From Mycolicibacterium smegmatis (GTDB lineage Bacteria; Actinomycetota; Actinomycetes; Mycobacteriales; Mycobacteriaceae): DNA of 32,000 bases. A program made the position numbers and the translations under genes. The notes below the pieces were generated by a model. It had not been told where the DNA came from. It saw only the letters and a list, made by a program, of their open reading frames with translations, and did no database searches. This document shows positions 1-8,758 of this stretch, in pieces (the first letter of the stretch is position 1; each line of letters begins with the position of its first letter). The DNA is taken from NCBI RefSeq assembly GCF_001457595.1, contig NZ_LN831039.1:3540001-3572000 (forward strand). Direction: 5' to 3'.

Positions 1-1
1 A

Positions 2-172
2 CTCGGCCACCGCGGATATACCGCCGTGACGGGTGGCGCCCAGGACTGCCCGTACACCTTCATGCAGGACCTGGTGGCCAGGACTTACCGGTTGCCATGG
101 GAGGACGAGGTGCGGCACGTGGACGGCACGGGAGCGGGCTGGGGCGCGCCGGAGACCGTGCGGGCGAAGTAG
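2..172 (+). CDS. C-terminal fragment of a CDS truncated by the window edge, function unknown
   Basis: Open frame from base 2 (LGHRGYTAVTGGAQDCPYTFMQDLVARTYRLPWEDEVRHVDGTGAGWGAPETVRAK) to TAG at 170-172. Residue composition looks coding. Confidence 0.55.
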   Translation, partial: LGHRGYTAVTGGAQDCPYTFMQDLVARTYRLPWEDEVRHVDGTGAGWGAPETVRAK

Positions 173-244
173 GCTCGTGCGCCTGACTCCGTGTGAATCT
201 GCGCGCGGTCCGGGTTTGTCGGACCCTTCTGCGATGATGGGGTC

Positions 245-1483
245 ATGACGTCGGCAGCGACTTCTCCTGCTGCTCAACCAACTCCGGTTGAGCGGTTGGA
301 GGTGCTGTTCGATGCGTTGGCGGAGTTGACGGGTCAGCGTAATGCGATCGACGCGAAGATTGTGCAGATCGTGGCCGAGATCGATCGTGACGGGTTGTGG
401 GGCGCCACGGGTGCCCGGTCGATTTCGGCGTTGGTGGCGTGGAAGACCGGAGCCTCGGAACGTAACGCCAAGGCGATCGCCGCGGTCGCACACCGCGCCG
501 AGGAGTTTCCGCGGTGTGTGCAGGGTTTGGGTGAGGGGCGGCTGTCGTTGGATCAGGTCGGGGTGATCGCCGAGGGCGCAGCCGACGGATCCGATGAGCA
601 TTACGCCGCATTGGCGTCGGTGGCCACGGTCAGCCAGTTGCGCAAAGCGATCAGCCTCGAACCCAAACCGGAACCCGAACCGAAACCTGAACCGCGGCGG
701 TCGATCAGAACGAATCCGGGCGACGGGTACACGACGTACCACATCACGTTGCCGCGGTCGGAGGCGGCGAAGTTCGACACCGCGCTGGAGGCCAGCCACG
801 AGGGGTTGATCGCCCGGTGGGAACGTGAGCAGGATCCCGGTGACCCGGCGGTGCCTATGCCCGATCATGTGGATGCGTTCATGGCTCTGGTCGAGACCGG
901 CTGGGACCGCGAGGCCACCCGGCGCCCGCACGGTCAGCACACCGCGGTGGCGGTGCACGTGGATCTGAAGAGCAAGGTGGCCGCCCTGCATCTGGGGCCG
1001 CTACTCGGCGATGACGAGCGCCGCTTGCTGACCTGTGATGCGACTTGTGAGGTGTGGTTCGAACTCCGGGGCCGGGTGATCGGCACCGGGCGGGCCACCC
1101 GCACGGTCAACCGCCGGCTGCGCCGCGCCCTGGAGCATCGCGACCGGTGTTGTGTGGTGCCCGGATGCAGCGCAACCCGCGGTCTGCACGCCCACCACCT
1201 GGTTCACTGGGAAGACGGCGGACTGACCGAGATGGCCAATCTTGTGCTGCTGTGCCCCTATCACCACCGCGCGCATCATCGGGGCCTGATCACCATCACC
1301 GGACCGGCCGATCAGCTCACCGTCACCGACGACAGAGGCCGCTTGTTGACCAACCAGTCGCTGGCCCGCACCCCCACCACGCCACCGCCGACAGTCCCAC
1401 CGTGTCCGGGCCCGCTCGGCGAACGCGCCCAATGGTGGTGGTACCAACCCTTCGGACCCCAACCACCACCGTCAGCCAACTAG
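245..1483 (+). CDS. DUF222 (13E12 repeat)/HNH endonuclease domain protein
   Basis: 412-aa ORF with a DUF222-like N-terminus and a C-terminal HNH-type motif (CCVVPGCSATRGLHAHHLVHWEDGGLTEMANLVLLCPYHHRAHH). Confidence 0.93.
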   Translation: MTSAATSPAAQPTPVERLEVLFDALAELTGQRNAIDAKIVQIVAEIDRDGLWGATGARSISALVAWKTGASERNAKAIAAVAHRAEEFPRCVQGLGEGRLSLDQVGVIAEGAADGSDEHYAALASVATVSQLRKAISLEPKPEPEPKPEPRRSIRTNPGDGYTTYHITLPRSEAAKFDTALEASHEGLIARWEREQDPGDPAVPMPDHVDAFMALVETGWDREATRRPHGQHTAVAVHVDLKSKVAALHLGPLLGDDERRLLTCDATCEVWFELRGRVIGTGRATRTVNRRLRRALEHRDRCCVVPGCSATRGLHAHHLVHWEDGGLTEMANLVLLCPYHHRAHHRGLITITGPADQLTVTDDRGRLLTNQSLARTPTTPPPTVPPCPGPLGERAQWWWYQPFGPQPPPSAN

Positions 1484-1596
1484 GTTGAGCGACGAGATGT
1501 CGCGCTCTCCTGACGCATCGGCGCGCCAGTCATCAGCCGTCGCGCCGCACTACGTGCACCGGCGGCCGGCATGACTGGTTGAGCGTCCGTCGGTGA

Positions 1597-3048
1597 TCAC
1601 GGGGCGCCACAATGTGTTTCCGCAACGTGCTTTTGCGCCCCTGCAGATGCGTGGCGTGCCCCCAGATCGGCGCGCTTCCGCGAAGACGATTCTCTCGACT
1701 CCCTCGACCTGATCAGAGTGCTTGCCGCAAAACCCGCAGCAATGTAAGCCGAGGCGATGACCGCTGCGACGACGGGGAGGCCGCTATCCCACGAAGCGTT
1801 GTACTCGACGATGAGCCCCACGATCGCAACACCGACCAGCACCCCCAACTGACGGTTGGCGTTCAAGATCGCGCCGGCGTGATTGGCGTGACGGTCGCCT
1901 GCGGCGGCGACCGTCGCGGCGGTCATGGACGCCGTGACAAGTCCCGCTCCACTGTTGGCGATCCCCAGCACGAGCGCGAGAAGCCAGTACGGCGTCTCCC
2001 GATCGACGCCGATCAGAAGCAGTGTCGCTACGCCGGCGACCGACAAACAGACACTCATGATGGCCGCGTTGCTGATTCGGTGGTGGATGCGGGTGTAGAG
2101 GATGTTGCCCAGTGGAAAACACATCGTCATCGGCAGCAGCTGCAGGCCCGCTTCCATCGGCGAAACATGGCGGGCGTTCTGGAAGAACAGTCCCATCGCG
2201 TACAGACAGCCGTACAAGGCCCCACTGTAGAGAAAGCCGACCGCGTTGACAGTGGAGAACACTCGACCACGGAAGAGATCCCAGGGCACAACGGGATTGA
2301 CGGTGCGCCGCTGCTGCACAAGGAGCACCCCTCCACTGATGACCACGACTGCTGCAACGATGACGCTGACCGGTGAACGGAAACCGCTGCTGTGCCCTTG
2401 GATGAGCAGGAAGGCCGCCGCCCCGACACCACCCAACATCGTCAGATGACCTACGGGCGAGACACGTTGTCGTGTTCCCGAAACCCTCGGGACGACCCTC
2501 AAAGTGAGTGCCATTCCGACGACTACGACGGGAATGTTGATCAAGAAGATGCTGCGCCACCCGAAAGAACCGATCAGAACGCCGCCGAGGGAAGGGCCGA
2601 TCGCCGCGGCAGTCGCCACCATCGCGGACCACAGGCCCAACATCCGGGCGCGGCGCGACGGTTCGGTGAACTGGGCGATCAGCAGTGACAGTGAGCTGGG
2701 CATGAACATGGCCGCACCGATGCCCTGTACTGCACGGGCGCCGATGAGAAATACCGGCGAAGGTGCCACCGCACATCCCAAGGACGCTGCGAAAAACACC
2801 CCCATGCCCAGCATGTAGAGCCGTCGGCTGCCGAAGGAGGTCGCCAAGCTGCCACCCAGGAGCAACAGAGACGCGTATGTCAGCACATATGCGTCGACAA
2901 TCCAGGTCAGCATCGCCGTGGTGCTGCCGAAGCTCTCGCCGATGGACACCGTTGTGACGTTGACGACCGTCGAATCGATCGACGCCATGATGAATCCCGA
3001 AGCCAGAGCGGCCAGTACAAGGACAGGGCGGCGAGCGGCTGACTTCAC
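1597..3048 (-). CDS. MFS drug transporter, DHA2/EmrB-QacA type (14 TM class)
   Basis: Hydrophobic ORF with the motifs FIMASIDSTVVNVTT, WIVDAYVLTYASLLLLGGSLA and GIGAAMFMPSSLSLL. The track start is 3114, but an internal GTG at 3048 (VKSAARRPVL) is likelier because the upstream codons overlap a perfect palindrome. Confidence 0.88.
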   Translation of the reverse strand: MKSAARRPVLVLAALASGFIMASIDSTVVNVTTVSIGESFGSTTAMLTWIVDAYVLTYASLLLLGGSLATSFGSRRLYMLGMGVFFAASLGCAVAPSPVFLIGARAVQGIGAAMFMPSSLSLLIAQFTEPSRRARMLGLWSAMVATAAAIGPSLGGVLIGSFGWRSIFLINIPVVVVGMALTLRVVPRVSGTRQRVSPVGHLTMLGGVGAAAFLLIQGHSSGFRSPVSVIVAAVVVISGGVLLVQQRRTVNPVVPWDLFRGRVFSTVNAVGFLYSGALYGCLYAMGLFFQNARHVSPMEAGLQLLPMTMCFPLGNILYTRIHHRISNAAIMSVCLSVAGVATLLLIGVDRETPYWLLALVLGIANSGAGLVTASMTAATVAAAGDRHANHAGAILNANRQLGVLVGVAIVGLIVEYNASWDSGLPVVAAVIASAYIAAGFAASTLIRSRESRESSSRKRADLGARHASAGAQKHVAETHCGAP

Positions 3049-3068
3049 GGGTACCCCTAAGCGGACGG

Positions 3069-3106
3069 CGACATTCCGCTTGGATGGTAGACCAAGCGGA
3101 ATGTCG
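3069..3106. promoter_or_regulatory. Candidate TetR operator in the divergent MFS/TetR region
   Basis: Perfect 15-bp arms CGACATTCCGCTTGG-atggtaga-CCAAGCGGAATGTCG between the MFS and TetR genes. A candidate -10 TAATCT lies at 3121-3126, 6 nt before the TetR ATG. Confidence 0.8.
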
Positions 3107-3132
3107 ACGTCCACTTAAGGTAATCTTGAGCC

Positions 3133-3726
3133 ATGACCGAGCCATCGCATGCCTTGAGACTGTTGCTCGGAACCCGTCCCCCGCGCGCAGATGCCGAACG
3201 GAACCTGAACTCGTTGCTGGCCGCGACGAAGCAGATCGTTCTCGACGGCGAACTCAACCCGTCAGCCGCGCAGATTGCCGACGCTGCGGGCGTGGGCGTC
3301 GGAACCCTGTACCGACGAACGCTCGGTAAAGAGACATTGCTGGCGGCGGCCGTGATCGATCTGCTCGATGAGGTCTGTGAGCGCGCCACCCTCGCAGCCA
3401 CAGGCGAATCGTGGTCGGCCTTCGAGCAGTTCGCCCTCGACTACCTACGCATTCGCAAGATCACGTGCTCGATCACTCACGCTTTGGAAGACGAGTTCGA
3501 CGGCGGGGTGGCCGACGCCAAAAAGCGGACACGGAAGGCCTTCGAGGTCCTCACGAGGCGACTGCACGAATCCGGGATCGTCGACCCCGATGTGGACGCT
3601 GCCGATCTGATGGTGCTGCTCGCCTCGATCGACGTCACGGAGGACACCCTCGGCCTGTCGCCCAACCCGAAACGGCGGCAACGGGTCGTCCAACGGATGC
3701 TTGCAGGTATCCGTACGGGACATTGA
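3133..3726 (+). CDS. TetR/AcrR family transcriptional regulator
   Basis: 197-aa ORF with an N-terminal HTH (LNPSAAQIADAAGVGVGTLYRRTLGKETLLAAAV), divergent from the MFS gene. Confidence 0.9.
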   Translation: MTEPSHALRLLLGTRPPRADAERNLNSLLAATKQIVLDGELNPSAAQIADAAGVGVGTLYRRTLGKETLLAAAVIDLLDEVCERATLAATGESWSAFEQFALDYLRIRKITCSITHALEDEFDGGVADAKKRTRKAFEVLTRRLHESGIVDPDVDAADLMVLLASIDVTEDTLGLSPNPKRRQRVVQRMLAGIRTGH

Positions 3727-3732
3727 TCGACA

Positions 3733-4911
3733 TCATCGGACGGCGCATGCGGAAAGCACGGCGCTCAGACCTTCCTGCAGATCTTTGACGAAGAATTCGG
3801 GGACCTCCAGTGACGGAAAGTGCCCTCCGCGATCGGGCGAGTTCCACCGCACCATCTGCCGGTACCGCTCCTGCGCCCAGGGGCGCGGGGATTTCTCGAT
3901 GTCACGCGGGTACATGGTGATGGCAGATGGGACGTCGACCCGGAGTTCGGGGTCCAGGGAGTTGTGGCTTTCGTAGTAGATGCGCGCCGCCGACGCTCCG
4001 GTACGGGTCAGCCAGTACAGGGTGACGTCGTCGAGGATGCGATCTCGTGAGATGGCCTCGAACGGGCTGTCTTCGGTGTCCGACCAGTCGGCAAACTTGT
4101 CGAGGATCCAGGCGAGGAGCCCGACCGGTGAGTCCACGAGCGAATAGCCGATGGTTTGCGGTCGAGTGGCCTGTTGTTTGGCGTAGGCTGCGCGGCGGCC
4201 CCAGAAATCGTGGGTCTCCTCGGTCCACCTGCGCTGGGTTTCGGTCAGTCCGTCGGTGGACAGCCCTGGCGGCGCCTCGGCGAACGTCGAGTGGATTCCG
4301 AGGACGTGGTCGGGAAATCGGCCTCCGAGGACCGTGGTGATGTTGCCACCCCAGTCGCCGCCGTGGGCGAGGAACCTGTCATAGCCGAGCCTGTCCATGA
4401 GTTGCACCCAAGCGGCTGCGATCTTTTCGGTGCCCCAACCGGTGGTGGATGGCTTGTCGCTGTAACCGAACCCGGGTAGCGACGGCGCGACGACATGGAA
4501 CGCCGGAGCGGCTGGGTCCTCTGGATCCGCCAATTCGTCTATCACATCGACGAATTCGGCGACGCTGCCCGGCCACCCGTGCGTCATGATCAGCGGCGTG
4601 GCGTCAGTGCGCGTCGATCGCCGGTGTAGGAAGTGGATCCCTAAATTGTCGATGGTGGTGCGGAATTGGCCGATCTCGTTCAACCGCGCTTCGAACTTCC
4701 GCCAGTCGTACCTGGTGCGCCAGTAATGCGCCACCTCGACAAGGTCGGCGAGGGGAACACCCTGGTCCCATCGCCGTGGGTCCGGTCTGTCGCGGTAGAC
4801 GGTCTCGGTTTCGGGCAGGCGCGCCGCGGCGAGCCGCATGCGCAGATCATTCAGTTCGGCGTCGGTTTCGTGGATCACGAATTCGCGGATATCGACGTTC
4901 GGAGCGGCCAT
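3733..4911 (-). CDS. Epoxide hydrolase (EHN-domain alpha/beta hydrolase)
   Basis: FVIHETDAELNDLRMRLAAARLPE EHN-like N-terminus, HGWPGS, HGGDWGG nucleophile region. Start chosen at the internal ATG 4911 (MAAPNVDIREF) rather than track start 5067. Confidence 0.92.
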   Translation of the reverse strand: MAAPNVDIREFVIHETDAELNDLRMRLAAARLPETETVYRDRPDPRRWDQGVPLADLVEVAHYWRTRYDWRKFEARLNEIGQFRTTIDNLGIHFLHRRSTRTDATPLIMTHGWPGSVAEFVDVIDELADPEDPAAPAFHVVAPSLPGFGYSDKPSTTGWGTEKIAAAWVQLMDRLGYDRFLAHGGDWGGNITTVLGGRFPDHVLGIHSTFAEAPPGLSTDGLTETQRRWTEETHDFWGRRAAYAKQQATRPQTIGYSLVDSPVGLLAWILDKFADWSDTEDSPFEAISRDRILDDVTLYWLTRTGASAARIYYESHNSLDPELRVDVPSAITMYPRDIEKSPRPWAQERYRQMVRWNSPDRGGHFPSLEVPEFFVKDLQEGLSAVLSACAVR

Positions 4912-4958
4912 GTGTCCGCGCACCCCCTCGGGTTGTCGGTCGACGGCCACAACACGAG

Positions 4959-5016
4959 AACCGCCTAAGCCGGTTCTACCATCGTCCGCCCAGAGGGGCA
5001 ACCTGCTAAGGTGGTT
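4959..5016. promoter_or_regulatory. Duplicated motif AACCnnCTAAGnnGGTT between epoxide hydrolase and CGNR regulator
   Basis: Copies at 4959-4975 (AACCGCCTAAGCCGGTT) and 5000-5016 (AACCTGCTAAGGTGGTT), 41 bp apart. The second includes the -10-like TAAGGT (5007-5012), 6 nt before the GTG start at 5019. Confidence 0.6.
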
Positions 5017-5018
5017 CC

Positions 5019-5612
5019 GTGTCCGGCGAGTATCCCGAATTCCGCCTCGGCAGCGTGCTCGCGACAAGCTTCACCGCGACCCTGACCGAACGTCAGGGCG
5101 ATTCCGTCGAACGCATCCCCACCCCGCAACGTCTCGCCGATTGGTTGACCGTGAGCGGCCTCGCAGTCGATTCGTGTACGCCCGCCCAACTCGAACGTGC
5201 CAGGGAGCTGAGGGAATCCATTCATGCGGCTGCGACGGCCACTGCGAATGGAGATCCCGTTCCGGCCTCAGCCCGCCAGGTGATCAACGACTGCACCATG
5301 CAGGGCCGCGCGGCCGCGATCCTCACGGAGGACGGCAGACGGAAATGGCGCCTCAACTCGGTCGAAGATGCCCTCAGCGTGATTGCCGGCGATGCGATCG
5401 ACATCCTCGCGGGTGAACGCGATGGGAGGTTGGCTCTGTGCGCATCGCCGACCTGTCGCGCGGCGTTCTTCGACACCAGTCAGAGCCGTACCCGGAAATG
5501 GTGCGAGATGAACACATGCGGTAACCGCCAGAAGAAGGCTCGCTTCATCGCGAATCAGCGCAAGAACCGCAACTCGGAGCGGGGCCAGGTCAAAGGATCG
5601 AGTAGCAGGTAG
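5019..5612 (+). CDS. CGNR zinc-finger (ABATE/DUF1470-type) putative transcriptional regulator
   Basis: 197-aa ORF with a C-terminal CASPTCRAAFFDTSQSRTRKWCEMNTCGNRQKKARF CGNR zinc finger. Confidence 0.92.
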   Translation: MSGEYPEFRLGSVLATSFTATLTERQGDSVERIPTPQRLADWLTVSGLAVDSCTPAQLERARELRESIHAAATATANGDPVPASARQVINDCTMQGRAAAILTEDGRRKWRLNSVEDALSVIAGDAIDILAGERDGRLALCASPTCRAAFFDTSQSRTRKWCEMNTCGNRQKKARFIANQRKNRNSERGQVKGSSSR

Positions 5613-5732
5613 AAGCACGCTGTCCGCTGTGATCGCGGAGCACGGCTGCTCCCGACTCCCCTGCCGTGACCGGCGCCCAGCCGGCAGTTCCATCTGGCAG
5701 CAGATCTGGCGACGGTCTCATCCCGTGGGATC

Positions 5733-6686
5733 CTATGGAATCAGTACCACTTTGCCGAACACCCGCCCCGCCTCGAGTTCGGCGTGGGCCGAAGCGGCAT
5801 CGGCCAGCGGCAACTCGCAGTGGACAACCGGTGTGATCGCACCTCGGTCTGCGCCTGCGAACAGTTCGGTGCCCGCGGTGACGATGGCCGGGTTCTCGAC
5901 AGAGTTCAGGCTGAACGCCGAGAACGTCGGCGAACGGTGGAAGTTTTCGAGCAGCACTCGACCGAAATCTTCCGCAGGTGCACCGCCGACCCCACCACAC
6001 AGGATGTATCGGCCGTTCGGTTTGAGTTTGGCGACGTACGATCCCAGTTGCGGGCCGGCCACGGTGTCCACGATCAGATCGTAGGACCGCGAATCGGATT
6101 CGCCCGATGCGTGGCGATCGACGACGTGTTCGGCACCCAGCGCACGCAGCCGTTCGCCGCGAAGAGCCGATGACGTGGTCGCCGTGACATGCGCTCCGCG
6201 CGCGTTGCAGATCTGCACGGCCATGATGCCGATACCACCGCCGGCCCCGCGGACGTACACCGATTCTCCGGGGGCCGACCCCATCCGTTCGACCGCGATT
6301 TTGGCCACCAGCGCGTTCATCCCGAGCGCGACGGCAGAACGCGCGGAGACACCGTCGGGAAGCGGGATGAGCTGATCGGAGGACACCGCAACATATTCGG
6401 CGTATCCGCCACCCGTCATCGGCATTGCGAGAACCCGTCGACCGAGCCACCCCGCGTCCACGCCGTCGCCGAGTTCGCTCACCACGCCGGCGATTTCGAG
6501 TCCGGGAACGAAACCGGCCTCAGTGAAGGCGTGGTAGTGCCCCTCGCGCGCCATGACATCGACATATCCGACGCCGGAGGCCTCGATACTGATGAGCACT
6601 TCACCGGGAGCGGGTCGGGGGTCGGGAACTTCCGACAGTTCGAGAACATCGGGGCCACCGAACTGCTCGACAGATATTGCTTTCAC
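5733..6686 (-). CDS. NADPH:quinone reductase-like zinc-type alcohol dehydrogenase family protein
   Basis: MKAISVEQFGGPDVLELSEVPDPRPAPGEVLISIEASGVGYVDVMAREG, with nucleotide-binding loop GAGGGIGIMAVQ. Confidence 0.93.
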   Translation of the reverse strand: MKAISVEQFGGPDVLELSEVPDPRPAPGEVLISIEASGVGYVDVMAREGHYHAFTEAGFVPGLEIAGVVSELGDGVDAGWLGRRVLAMPMTGGGYAEYVAVSSDQLIPLPDGVSARSAVALGMNALVAKIAVERMGSAPGESVYVRGAGGGIGIMAVQICNARGAHVTATTSSALRGERLRALGAEHVVDRHASGESDSRSYDLIVDTVAGPQLGSYVAKLKPNGRYILCGGVGGAPAEDFGRVLLENFHRSPTFSAFSLNSVENPAIVTAGTELFAGADRGAITPVVHCELPLADAASAHAELEAGRVFGKVVLIP

Positions 6687-6689
6687 TCT

Positions 6690-7271
6690 TCAGCTACTTT
6701 CTGTTGGGCCGGCGGCGATTCCGCGCAGCACGTAGTCGACGATGTGTTCGCTGAGCGCCGGATCCAGGTCTGCGTGCGCGAACAGGAATCGGTAGATCAC
6801 GGTCGCCGCCAAGAGGTCTTGGGCGAGCTCGAAGTCGAGATCGGCCCGCAACTCACCGCGTTCGACGCCGCGACGCAGGATTCGGTCGGCCCGTTCGCGG
6901 CGCGGACGCCACACCGAATCCAGGAACCGACGTCTCAGATCACCGTCGTCAGAGAGATCGACGACCAGGGCGGGCAGGATCCGGCCGAGCATGACATCGC
7001 CCATCGAGACGCGTAGCTCCTCGACCAGAACGATGAGGTCCGAACGCGTTGAACCGGTGTCCGGCACAGCCATCGACACGTTGTCCCGAGTCATCGCATC
7101 CACGACGACGTGCCTCAGTGACGGCCAACGCCGGCGGATCGCCGGCTTCGTGGTCCCTGCTCTCGCGGCGAGTGCCTCCATCGTCAGATTGCGGTACCCG
7201 ATCTCACCGCACAGTTGTCGCGTCGCGTCGACAACGGCCTCGGTGATGCTGTCATCGCGAGGTCGGGCCAT
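6690..7271 (-). CDS. TetR/AcrR family transcriptional regulator
   Basis: MARPRDDSITEAVVDATRQLCGEIGYRNLTMEALAARAGTTKPAIRRRWPS HTH. The internal ATG at 7271 is preferred over the 7481 track start. It sits 3 nt upstream of the oxidoreductase, so probably an operon. Confidence 0.9.
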   Translation of the reverse strand: MARPRDDSITEAVVDATRQLCGEIGYRNLTMEALAARAGTTKPAIRRRWPSLRHVVVDAMTRDNVSMAVPDTGSTRSDLIVLVEELRVSMGDVMLGRILPALVVDLSDDGDLRRRFLDSVWRPRRERADRILRRGVERGELRADLDFELAQDLLAATVIYRFLFAHADLDPALSEHIVDYVLRGIAAGPTESS

Positions 7272-7293
7272 GGCGCCCCCTTTCGATACCGCC

Positions 7294-7323
7294 GTTACAT
7301 TCCGTACCGCACCGGAACATAAC
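7294..7323. promoter_or_regulatory. Candidate TetR operator
   Basis: GTTACATTCCG-taccgcac-CGGAACATAAC: 11-bp arms, 9 of 11 complementary, just upstream of the TetR start. Confidence 0.5.
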
Positions 7324-7398
7324 CACGGCACCCACGTGCCTATTCCCCGCCGTCCCATCCCCTTGCGGGCAAGCGCGACCGGCCTACACTGGCTCATC

Positions 7399-7836
7399 GT
7401 GCAAATCGTCGCCATCCACATCGCGCCCGGACGCAAGGTGCCGACTCGTTCGGTCCAGGAGGTCCGGGCCGAAGCGGGCAAGGGACTGGTCGGCGACCGT
7501 TATCACGGGGCCAAACACCGGCACGTCACCATCCAGTCACGTGAACTGCTGGATCACGCGGCGGCCGATCTCGGGCGCGATGTCGACTCCGGCGCCACCA
7601 GGCGCAACCTCACCGTCGACGCCGGTCCCCTGCCCACCAAGCCGGGTGCCCGGATCCGGATCGGCGACGTCGAACTCGAGGTGGTGCGTATCGCCGCTCC
7701 CTGCCGGCTTCTGGACGACTGGATCGCACCTGGTGCGGCACGCGCGATGCACAACCGCGGAGGCACCGTGTTCCGGTTGCTGACCTCGGGCCCGATTCGC
7801 GTCGGTGACGAGGTGGAAGTGCCTGTTGCCGGCTGA
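7399..7836 (+). CDS. MOSC domain-containing protein
   Basis: GTG at 7399; VQIVAIHIAPGRKVPTRSVQEVRAEAGKGLVGDRYHG...RRNLTVDAG is MOSC-like (GLxGDRY, RRNL/T). The track extension to 6991 is antisense to TetR. Confidence 0.88.
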   Translation: MQIVAIHIAPGRKVPTRSVQEVRAEAGKGLVGDRYHGAKHRHVTIQSRELLDHAAADLGRDVDSGATRRNLTVDAGPLPTKPGARIRIGDVELEVVRIAAPCRLLDDWIAPGAARAMHNRGGTVFRLLTSGPIRVGDEVEVPVAG

Positions 7837-7839
7837 TTT

Positions 7840-8706
7840 TCAGCCTGCGGTCTGCTCGCGATAATGCCTGGCGATGTCGTCACTGGTGGTCAGCCACACG
7901 TCGGGCTGGCCGGCCAGAAAGCCCAGCGCCTGATCGAGGTACTTGTGCCGGAACGGCTGGCCGATCACGAAAGGGTGTAGCGCAAGCGCCAGTACGCGTC
8001 CACCGGTCGCGGAGTCGGCGTGCAGTTGCTCGTACTGATCGCGGACCATCTGCACGAACTCCGGTCCGGTGATCCCCTTGCTGAAGATCAACAGATCGTT
8101 GAGTTCCACGGTGTACGGCACGCTGAGCATGCCGGGCACGGTCAGCGGGTAGGGCTGGTCGTCGTTCGTCCAGTCGAGCACGTACTCAAACCCCAATTCC
8201 GCCAACAACTCCGGAGTGTGGTGGGTCTCGGTCAGACCGGGACCCATCCAGCCGCGAGGCTGACGGCCGGTCGCCGCCATAATCGTCTTGGTGGTTTCGG
8301 CGAGCACCAGGCGCTCGTCATCGACGGACATGCCGGTGTGCAGGATCGAGTTGGTCTGTCCGTGCGCAAGCCAGGTCCAGTCGCGCTGCACACCGGCGGC
8401 CACGATCTGCGGGTACTCGTCGACGACCATGGAGTTCAGCAGGACGCTGGGCCGGATCCCGTGCCGGTCGAGGCTTTCGATCATCCGCCAGATACCCACG
8501 CGCGCACCGTAATCGCGCCAGCCGTGATTCAGCGCGTCGGGACGCAGTTCAGCCGTTCCCTCCCAGATGCTCGTCGAGGGGTGGTCGGGCAGGAAGTGCT
8601 CGACGTTCAACCCGGTGTACACGGCCACGCGTGCATCGTTCGGCCACCGCAGCGGCGCTCGTTCGGTGATGGGGCTGTACTCGAAAGGGGGTCGTGAGAG
8701 CGTCAT
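7840..8706 (-). CDS. Polysaccharide deacetylase / allantoinase (PuuE)-like protein
   Basis: 288-aa ORF with NSMVVDEYPQIV...WTWLAHGQTNS...GRQPRGWMGPGLTETHHTPELLAELGFEYVLDWTNDDQPYPL...HPFVIGQPFR, the NodB-fold pattern of this subfamily. Confidence 0.88.
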   Translation of the reverse strand: MTLSRPPFEYSPITERAPLRWPNDARVAVYTGLNVEHFLPDHPSTSIWEGTAELRPDALNHGWRDYGARVGIWRMIESLDRHGIRPSVLLNSMVVDEYPQIVAAGVQRDWTWLAHGQTNSILHTGMSVDDERLVLAETTKTIMAATGRQPRGWMGPGLTETHHTPELLAELGFEYVLDWTNDDQPYPLTVPGMLSVPYTVELNDLLIFSKGITGPEFVQMVRDQYEQLHADSATGGRVLALALHPFVIGQPFRHKYLDQALGFLAGQPDVWLTTSDDIARHYREQTAG

Positions 8707-8713
8707 GTCCGCA

Positions 8714-8744
8714 CGGTAGGGGCTGACACCAATGTCAGGGTCAA
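8714..8744 (-). promoter_or_regulatory. MerR-type operator/promoter reading into the deacetylase
   Basis: On the minus strand: TTGACC (8744-8739), 19-nt spacer containing CTGACATTGGTGTCAG (perfect 6-bp arms, plus-strand 8723-8738), then CTACCG (8719-8714), then ATG at 8706. The 19-nt spacer is typical of MerR-controlled promoters. Confidence 0.6.
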
Positions 8745-8758
8745 GCTATAACCTCTAT

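Noticed and set aside
6189-7016. 275-aa plus-strand ORF antisense to the oxidoreductase/TetR junction
   Set aside because: No domain signal; explained by codon-position GC bias of the real minus-strand genes.
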